Part shown: one piece after another, positions 56,579-64,000 of the stretch
Layout of the letters: each line of letters starts with the position of its first letter
Numbering within the stretch: position 1 is the first letter of the stretch
DNA from: Tubulanus polymorphus
Taxonomy: Eukaryota; Animalia; Nemertea
Reading direction: 5' to 3'
Assembly: GCF_964204645.1 (NCBI RefSeq)
Contig: NW_027437471.1
Location: 5,463-69,462, forward strand
Length of the DNA: 64,000 bases
Notes under the pieces: generated by a model
What the model was told of the DNA's origin: nothing
The model's input: only the letters and a program-made list of their open reading frames with translations
Databases searched by the model: none
Translations under genes and position numbers: made by a program

Positions 56579-58146
56579 TTTAAACCACTGAGCCAGTGGT
56601 CCAGCAGGGTGTTAGCTGTACCACGGTTCCAGTGGATCCCGTCTCCAACAACTCTGAAGCGTCGATCATCGATGGGTGGTATCGCGGTGACGTCGTCGTG
56701 AATCTCGAGGAATTCGTTGAACTTCCGGGCGAACTGCTGGTGTTCGCGGGTCGTGTTGAGTTGAACGAAGTGGACGAACGAGTGCTGATACTTCTTGACT
56801 GCGGCGTTGATCAGGCGCTGTGTGGTCTTCTTGGCGGTCGCTTCGAAGTTGTTGTCGCGGTTGTTGATTCCGACGCTGATGATCACCGTATCCGGGCGAT
56901 CTCGGCGCTCCGGTACAGCATCGATCAGGTCGGCGAGATGAGCTATCTTGCAGCCGGGGAAGCTCTCGATCTGGACGTCATCCGGACGGCGGCTTGATGT
57001 GATGTTACTCAGATTTGAGTCACCAATCACCAGAATGGGTCGCCGGGTTGGTGGCAGACTCCAATCCTGTTTCTTCCGACCCGTATTCGGATGACGGCGA
57101 ACTTCCTGGGGCGCCATCGGTCTCGGTGTAGGCGTCGGACTTCGCGCTGGCAGTAGGCGCCCTGGTGACCTGTAATGAGACGGAGAGCTGGAAAGAGAAG
57201 AAGAGAGAGACGGCGTCGGACTGCTGGTTGGTGCGGTCGGCGTTCTCTGCGGCGGCGGCGGCGGCGGCGGCGTCGGGTTTCGAGGCGGCGGCGTCGGACT
57301 TCTCGGTGGCGTCGGACTTCTTGGTGGCGGCGGCGGCGGCGTCGGCATCGGACTTCTCGGTGGTGGCGCCATTCTGGTTGGTGGCGTCCTGGTGACATCC
57401 GCGTAGCTTCTCGGTGACCTGGAATCAGAAAAAGAAGGAGGCGCTGTGGGCGCGGCGGGCGCGACTGCGGTTGGTGCAGGCGTCCTCGGCGTCGCGGGCT
57501 TTCGAATCTTCCGGCTCGGTCTCGGCGGCGGACGAATCTTCGGCTCCGTGGGTGCCTCCTGGTGGTGTGACCTGAAATGAGAAGGGGAAGAAGGTGGGTT
57601 AGATAGGACATTTCTGAGTTTGTCAGACAGAGCCTGACCGCGGAATTTCGACCGCAAATCCAGCGCGATGTTGAAAAGCCGGATCGTTCCGGGGCTCAGA
57701 CGGGAGCCGAAATTCCTCCGGGCCCATGTCAGGGCGACATCCTGTGCTGATAGACAGTCCGGCAGAGGATCACCCATTAGCTCAACAAATGTGGCAGCGT
57801 AATGGATGGTCAGCTCTTTCGAAACTGTCTCCATCCAGACGTCCGCGGCAGCGTGCAGCTGCACCGTTACTGCTTCGGTGCAAGCCGCCGGCCGCAGGAA
57901 CATCTTCAGATGGTCCTTCTTCCTCCGAATCGCTTTCGGACCAGAGCTCAACTGGGCAAGGTGGTGCGCCACTTGAAGAGCTCTATAATAGGTTTTCGGC
58001 GACATCCCGGGTTGCTGGTGTCGCTCAGGGCGTCCTCCGCCCTTGCTGGTCTTCTCAGCTGGTGGTCGTTTCTTCTTTCGAGTAGATCGCTCCATTGACA
58101 GATATTTCGGCGAGGTTGCCTTCGTCAGTGTCAGTGCAGGAATCAT
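56575..58146 (-). CDS. PLE ORF1 SGNH esterase (unit 4)
   Basis: Identical to unit 2. Confidence 0.9.
   Translation of the reverse strand: MIPALTLTKATSPKYLSMERSTRKKKRPPAEKTSKGGGRPERHQQPGMSPKTYYRALQVAHHLAQLSSGPKAIRRKKDHLKMFLRPAACTEAVTVQLHAAADVWMETVSKELTIHYAATFVELMGDPLPDCLSAQDVALTWARRNFGSRLSPGTIRLFNIALDLRSKFRGQALSDKLRNVLSNPPSSPSHFRSHHQEAPTEPKIRPPPRPSRKIRKPATPRTPAPTAVAPAAPTAPPSFSDSRSPRSYADVTRTPPTRMAPPPRSPMPTPPPPPPRSPTPPRSPTPPPRNPTPPPPPPPQRTPTAPTSSPTPSLSSSLSSSPSHYRSPGRLLPARSPTPTPRPMAPQEVRRHPNTGRKKQDWSLPPTRRPILVIGDSNLSNITSSRRPDDVQIESFPGCKIAHLADLIDAVPERRDRPDTVIISVGINNRDNNFEATAKKTTQRLINAAVKKYQHSFVHFVQLNTTREHQQFARKFNEFLEIHDDVTAIPPIDDRRFRVVGDGIHWNRGTANTLLDHWLSGLN
58093..58136 (-). ncRNA. Minimal hammerhead ribozyme (unit 4)
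   Basis: Same sequence as 39031-39074. Confidence 0.8.
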
Positions 58147-60472
58147 GCTGAACTAGGATTAGACACGGGTTTTTATACACGCAGCGCGCAACAAGTGAAC
58201 AGTATTCGAGTTAGAAGTTAAGTGACCATATGAGACCTTGTGATCTAGACTAATTGTACTTCTGTGATCAAGCTAATAGACAAACTAGGGGTCTGACTAA
58301 TTATGCCTTTGATCCAGAGTGACTAGAAAACAGCACTAATTATGGCCCTTGATCTAGCTGTTGAATAGTTTGCTTTGATGTATAGTTCTAAAGATCTAAA
58401 GAACGGCGTGTCTAATATAGAATTGAAAAGTTTATTTCGATATAACCTAATAAATACTCAAAGTGTTTTCTATAAAGAGAAATCTAGAATATGTATTATT
58501 AATATACGTGAACCGGAATGTTCGAAATATGTCCGAGTTCAGTTTCAAAATTGCTTAATTCCTAATTAGTTTAGACGCGTTAATTAGCGGTGCGCGGCCG
58601 AGGCGTATTCCGATATACGCGTGTTTACTAAATAGTCGTAAATGGTGAAATCCGGTTCTTAGTTAATCAAGTTTTCTCCGTATTCTAAAGCTTTTAAGAG
58701 CGGATTTTGAAATATCTACGCGGTATTCTACCGAAAATTGGATGAATTAGACAGCGCGGCGTCGGCGATTTAGTAGGAAGTTATAACCCGTAAGATCTAA
58801 ATTACTGAGTGAGCGCGGGTGGTTAATTAGCCCTAATTATGGGTGACGAGTTTTGATAGAAATGTCTTACTAATACGTCTGTTTTAATTCTAAGTTCTTA
58901 AATATAATTCTATTAGATAAACTACGCTTATTTAGAGTTATTAGGATCGAGTAAAGCTATGTGAACTTGAACATGTGACAAATATATTCAGACCGGAGCG
59001 CGGGTATTCAGTAAATCGGTTTAAGCTTGCGTAGTTTGAGTGGTTCAAAAACACTATGATCTCTTCTTTAATCCGAAGGTTGAAATATATACGGGATATA
59101 AAACTCTTTTTGAATCGGGAATATTGGGCTGTGTTCTTTGAGAAAAACCGATGAGTTTGAAGGCGTCGTAACTGCGATTTTGTATAGAATTGAGTCGGAT
59201 AATTAGTCAAGAGGCGCAGGTGGCCGATCGGTCACTAATTATGAGTGACTTGTAAACAGTGATTGATGTCCGTGGACTATTATTTATCCTATAAACTTCT
59301 TATACTTCTACAACCTATAGTGCGGTTTTTGAATATAGCTATTAATACTTTTGAGCGATCTCATTAGAATTGTTATCCGAAAATAAACTGTCTGTTTTAG
59401 AGAAATTTGAAACTTGACACCCGGATCTATATAGAGTATGTTCCAAGAGTTGGCGCGTAGATACGATAATAGTTAATTAGGACGTAGCGGGTTAGGTCCC
59501 CGACCGAACGTTATAGATTAAACGGAGGTTAATTAGGGTGCCGCGGGTTCGAGTCCCGACCAGGCGCCGTTTAGTAATTGAATAGTTCTATTCTAAATGT
59601 TTTTTACCTATTCTGGATTCCTTTTAATTCTGAATCTTTGACGGATACAATAGTACTTTTCAGATGTTTCTACGATATAATCTTAGTGCCGACGCATATT
59701 TTCAAAATAAATAAGAGCGGTGGACTGGTTACCGGTATCTAACGCGGGGCACCGGCAACCCGTCAGTACTAGCGGTTAATTTCGGAGCGGCGGGTACGGT
59801 TCCCGAGTATTCTCCGGAGCTTAATTCGGGTGCCGCGGGTTCGAGTCCCGATCAGGCGCGCCGTTTTAGTAATTGAGTATATTCTTACCTATTCTAGATT
59901 CCCTTTCTTTCTAAATTTATAATAGATTAATTAATACTTTTCGGGTGTTTCTATGATATAATCTCAGTGCTGACGCATATTTTCGAAATAGATAATAGCG
60001 GTGGACTGGTTACCGGTTTCTATCGTCCTGGGACAGGCAACCAGTCTGTACTAGCGGTTAGGGTTCGGTTCCCGATATCGCGCTTTTGTTTATTTTTCTA
60101 ACTGTTTCTGATATTTGGTCTGTCTTCTTACTTACTGAATTTCGATTGAGTTTTCAAAGTAAAGCAGAGAGAACTAATTAAAAGATAAAAGGTTGATGAT
60201 TCCTGTGGAGCTTGTGATCTTGGAGTTTGTTTTGTACTCTGTCTCTGAGCGGGTTTCTGCTTCAGGCGACGGAGGATGATTCTGCAAATAGATTGATGAT
60301 TAATAATTAATCAGTTAAGATAATTTACGAGGGAAACCTGGCACGGGCTAAGGTTAGGTTTAGAGATAGAGGTTAGGGGACCAAACCGAAGGTTTGGAGA
60401 CCCCACTAGTGCACGGGCAGCGGGTTATCCCTGTAAAAAAGTAGTGAGAGTTAATTGTTGTAGTGAGGCGGT

Positions 60473-62932
60473 CTACGGGACGTTCATGCCTCGGGGCGTG
60501 TTCGTGTCGAGTCGTCGTATCCAGTCTTGTTCGGCTGCTTCGCGGATCGGTCTCGTGGAGCCTGGTAGGTGTTGGAGACCGTACACCCGAAAGTGTTCGC
60601 GGGTGTGGTCGACTTGGTTGAAGTGGTCCGAGACTGGAGTCGAATTCTTCGTTCTGATGCGTGAGACGTGATGAGTGACGCGTTCTCGTAGAGACATTCC
60701 GGTTTGGCCGACGTACAGCATGTTGCACTTGGTGCATTCGATGCAGTATACAATTTCACGGGTCGCGCAATTAATTGTGCTGCGGATCGCGTGCATTTTG
60801 TTGTGGCTGCGGCAAACGGTTGTTTCTCGGACGAGTGGACACGTACGACATCTCGGTGTTCTGCATTTCTCGGTGCCTCGACGTCGGGTTGACGGAGTTC
60901 TTTGAGTAGACCTGGAAATAGAAGAATTGGAAACAACGGAAGTATTTCTGTTACGATGCGGTGAAGAGGGGACTCGGGGAGGGGGTGGCTCCGTGGGTTT
61001 GAGCTGCGACGAAGTTAGGAGATCTTTGAGACTCTTGTGCTTGGTGTAGGCGGTGACCGTGGTTACCTCGTCAGACCGGCCGGTGGCCGTAGCCAGTTCC
61101 GTAAATCTGGTTCGGATGTTACGGGCTAGGGTTCGGTTGGCTTCGGAGTGAGGTAAGATAAGCGGTAAACGCTTTTTCGGCGGTTCGTCGGCCCGTTGTT
61201 GTTCTCGTAGATCTCGTTCGGCGTGGTGCCGTAGAGCTTGGCTTTTGATGTGTCGCAGTTCGCGGTCTTTGTAGCCACGACCTCTGAGTACTTTAAGGAC
61301 GGTTCCGGACGCTGCGTGTAAGTCCGAATCGTTATTGCAGATGCGCCGGAACCGGAGAATTTGACTTTTAACTATACCGGAAAATGTGTGTTTAGGGTGA
61401 AACGAGGATCGATGTAGTAATTGATGCGAATCGGTTGGTTTGAAGTAGACTTTGGTGTCTACTGTGCCACTTGTCTCGAATCGCGGGCCTTTGAAAGTGG
61501 TTACGTCCAGGAAGTTGACGCTGGTGTCGCTGATTTCGAACTTGAGTTTGATGGATCGGCTCACTGTTTGTAGGACGTCGATGAATTGCATCAACGTTTC
61601 GCGGCCGTGTTCCCAAACTATGTAGATGTCGTCGATGAACCGAGCGTATAGCGATGGTTGGAGTTCGCTTCTGGACAGACCTTCTTTTTCCCATTCGGCT
61701 ACAAAGATATTGGCATAAGAAGGAGCAAAACGCTTACCCATTGCGGTACCTTTTACCTGTAAATATGTGTTTTCGTTAAAGTTAAAGTCATTTTTCTTCA
61801 GGCTGATTTCGAGTAGTTTCAGCAGCTCGGCATCCGGGCGTCCCGGGTTCGGGTTATCTCGGAGAGCTTGTCGGATGCTGGCGATACCCTCTTCGTGGGG
61901 GATGTTGGTGTAGAGCGAATCGATGTCCATGGTGACGAGTAACGCATCGGCGCTAAATTGTTTACCGGCCAAAATATCTAGAAAGTGGTTGGTATCTTTG
62001 ACGTACGACGGGTGACCGCGGGCGATCGGCTGCAAATAGTAGTCGATCCATTCCGAAATTTCGTAGGTTTCGGAGCCGCAGTCGGAGACGATCGGTCTCC
62101 CCGGCGGTACGCGATCGGGTATCGTCCACTTCTCGCGTTCTTTATGGATTTTGGGAAGCAGATAGAACTGCCTCTGTTTCGGATTATCGGGCGGTAATAG
62201 ATATTCGGCGGTTTTTAGCGGGATGATTTTTCGTCGAGCCATATTTTCGATGATTTCGCGAATTTCTTCCCCGGTCTGTTCGAAGATCGGTTGCTGCAGC
62301 GGCTGATAATACTCGAGATCGGCTAGTTGGCGCATGGCTTCGTGGACGTAGTCGTCGCGGTCCATGATAACCGTAGCGGAACCCTTATCGGCGGCTTTGA
62401 TGACAATATTAGTGTTGTCACGCAGCTGCTGGAGGGCTTCGCGTTCCTGTTTAGTGAGGTTATCATTTACGCGACGCGTATCCCTGGTTTGTTGAGCCAA
62501 TTCGTGCGCGTCGTTGCAGAACCCGGCGATTACTGGTTCTATTTCATCCGGAGCCCAACTGCTGGGCAGACGGAAACGCGGAGCCTCGCGGTCCGGTTTG
62601 TCTCGGAAGTGATGGTCGAGTTTCACTAGCCGGTTGAATCGGCACACTCCCTTGGTGCGCTCGGTCGCGGCGGCATCAGAACCGATTTTTGGAGTCGGGC
62701 AATAAGTGAGGCCCTTTCGGAGTAGCTGATGTTGCGCCGGACTTAGGCGGAGTGAACGTGTGAGGTTGACCACCGGGCTCCCGAGAGCGGTGACCGGATC
62801 GCGTCGCGCTTGGTTTGGTGCCGGTTCTTCGTGTTCGTCGGACCTGGAAATGGAAGAAATCAGAGAAGCATTGGTTAATTCCGGTTGATTTAACTCACCA
62901 ATAGTGGACCCGTTGGTCTCACTAATACTTAG
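60473..62932 (-). CDS. PLE RT + GIY-YIG (ORF2, unit 5)
   Basis: Translation identical to unit 2. Confidence 0.95.
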   Translation of the reverse strand, partial: LSISETNGSTIGELNQPELTNASLISSISRSDEHEEPAPNQARRDPVTALGSPVVNLTRSLRLSPAQHQLLRKGLTYCPTPKIGSDAAATERTKGVCRFNRLVKLDHHFRDKPDREAPRFRLPSSWAPDEIEPVIAGFCNDAHELAQQTRDTRRVNDNLTKQEREALQQLRDNTNIVIKAADKGSATVIMDRDDYVHEAMRQLADLEYYQPLQQPIFEQTGEEIREIIENMARRKIIPLKTAEYLLPPDNPKQRQFYLLPKIHKEREKWTIPDRVPPGRPIVSDCGSETYEISEWIDYYLQPIARGHPSYVKDTNHFLDILAGKQFSADALLVTMDIDSLYTNIPHEEGIASIRQALRDNPNPGRPDAELLKLLEISLKKNDFNFNENTYLQVKGTAMGKRFAPSYANIFVAEWEKEGLSRSELQPSLYARFIDDIYIVWEHGRETLMQFIDVLQTVSRSIKLKFEISDTSVNFLDVTTFKGPRFETSGTVDTKVYFKPTDSHQLLHRSSFHPKHTFSGIVKSQILRFRRICNNDSDLHAASGTVLKVLRGRGYKDRELRHIKSQALRHHAERDLREQQRADEPPKKRLPLILPHSEANRTLARNIRTRFTELATATGRSDEVTTVTAYTKHKSLKDLLTSSQLKPTEPPPPRVPSSPHRNRNTSVVSNSSISRSTQRTPSTRRRGTEKCRTPRCRTCPLVRETTVCRSHNKMHAIRSTINCATREIVYCIECTKCNMLYVGQTGMSLRERVTHHVSRIRTKNSTPVSDHFNQVDHTREHFRVYGLQHLPGSTRPIREAAEQDWIRRLDTNTPRGMNVP

Positions 62933-64000
62933 TTTAAACCACTGAGCCAGTGGTCCAGCAGGGTGTTAGCTGTACCACGGTTCCAGTGGATCCCGTCTCC
63001 AACAACTCTGAAGCGTCGATCATCGATGGGTGGTATCGCGGTGACGTCGTCGTGAATCTCGAGGAATTCGTTGAACTTCCGGGCGAACTGCTGGTGTTCG
63101 CGGGTCGTGTTGAGTTGAACGAAGTGGACGAACGAGTGCTGATACTTCTTGACTGCGGCGTTGATCAGGCGCTGTGTGGTCTTCTTGGCGGTCGCTTCGA
63201 AGTTGTTGTCGCGGTTGTTGATTCCGACGCTGATGATCACCGTATCCGGGCGATCTCGGCGCTCCGGTACAGCATCGATCAGGTCGGCGAGATGAGCTAT
63301 CTTGCAGCCGGGGAAGCTCTCGATCTGGACGTCATCCGGACGGCGGCTTGATGTGATGTTACTCAGATTTGAGTCACCAATCACCAGAATGGGTCGCCGG
63401 GTTGGTGGCAGACTCCAATCCTGTTTCTTCCGACCCGTATTCGGATGACGGCGAACTTCCTGGGGCGCCATCGGTCTCGGTGTAGGCGTCGGACTTCGCG
63501 CTGGCAGTAGGCGCCCTGGTGACCTGTAATGAGACGGAGAGCTGGAAAGAGAAGAAGAGAGAGACGGCGTCGGACTGCTGGTTGGTGCGGTCGGCGTTCT
63601 CTGCGGCGGCGGCGGCGGCGGCGGCGTCGGGTTTCGAGGCGGCGGCGTCGGACTTCTCGGTGGCGTCGGACTTCTTGGTGGCGGCGGCGGCGGCGTCGGC
63701 ATCGGACTTCTCGGTGGTGGCGCCATTCTGGTTGGTGGCGTCCTGGTGACATCCGCGTAGCTTCTCGGTGACCTGGAATCAGAAAAAGAAGGAGGCGCTG
63801 TGGGCGCGGCGGGCGCGACTGCGGTTGGTGCAGGCGTCCTCGGCGTCGCGGGCTTTCGAATCTTCCGGCTCGGTCTCGGCGGCGGACGAATCTTCGGCTC
63901 CGTGGGTGCCTCCTGGTGGTGTGACCTGAAATGAGAAGGGGAAGAAGGTGGGTTAGATAGGACATTTCTGAGTTTGTCAGACAGAGCCTGACCGCGGAAT
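62929..64000 (-). CDS. PLE ORF1 SGNH esterase (unit 5, 5' part outside window)
   Basis: C-terminal portion identical to unit 2. Confidence 0.9.
   Translation of the reverse strand, partial: FRGQALSDKLRNVLSNPPSSPSHFRSHHQEAPTEPKIRPPPRPSRKIRKPATPRTPAPTAVAPAAPTAPPSFSDSRSPRSYADVTRTPPTRMAPPPRSPMPTPPPPPPRSPTPPRSPTPPPRNPTPPPPPPPQRTPTAPTSSPTPSLSSSLSSSPSHYRSPGRLLPARSPTPTPRPMAPQEVRRHPNTGRKKQDWSLPPTRRPILVIGDSNLSNITSSRRPDDVQIESFPGCKIAHLADLIDAVPERRDRPDTVIISVGINNRDNNFEATAKKTTQRLINAAVKKYQHSFVHFVQLNTTREHQQFARKFNEFLEIHDDVTAIPPIDDRRFRVVGDGIHWNRGTANTLLDHWLSGLN

Larger units (their letters stand above)
53998..60351 (-). mobile_element. Penelope-like retroelement, full unit 4 (6354 bp)
   Basis: Translations identical to unit 2. 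Confidence 0.95.
60352..64000 (-). mobile_element. Penelope-like retroelement, unit 5 (cut by window edge)
   Basis: Complete RT-EN ORF and the 3' two-thirds of ORF1. Confidence 0.95.

Overview
Eukaryotic (metazoan-like, TTAGGG telomere) sequence that looks like a subtelomere running into a healed chromosome end. 1-34.3 kb is AT-rich non-coding DNA. It holds a ~9-10 kb segmental duplication (1-~9.3 kb repeated at 12.7-22.7 kb), mini- and microsatellites, MITEs, tRNA-derived SINE-like elements, a triplicated 2-4 kb block and disabled exons of an RNF19/Dorfin-type RBR ubiquitin ligase. At 34311 a second copy of the RNF19 exon is broken and capped by TTAGGG/TTAGGGG repeats. From there to the window end lies a polarised minus-strand array of one Penelope-like retroelement (PLE): a 585-bp 3' fragment, a short telomere spacer, then at least 4.6 head-to-tail units of 6339-6354 bp with no spacer. 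Each unit carries a TATA promoter and a minimal type-I hammerhead ribozyme predicted to cut 5 nt before the likely ORF1 AUG. ORF1 encodes a Pro-rich linker and an SGNH/GDSL esterase. A UUUAAAC -1 frameshift site with a hairpin/pseudoknot joins ORF1 to an RT + GIY-YIG ORF that has no usable AUG. Five same-phase splice-acceptor-like motifs lie in the coding sequence, and a structured 3' module contains the telomere-complementary CCUAACC at which both telomere-joined insertions begin. Inferred model: an endonuclease-bearing, esterase-encoding PLE that extends chromosome ends by telomere-primed internal initiation, possibly on a ribozyme-generated circular or multimeric RNA.
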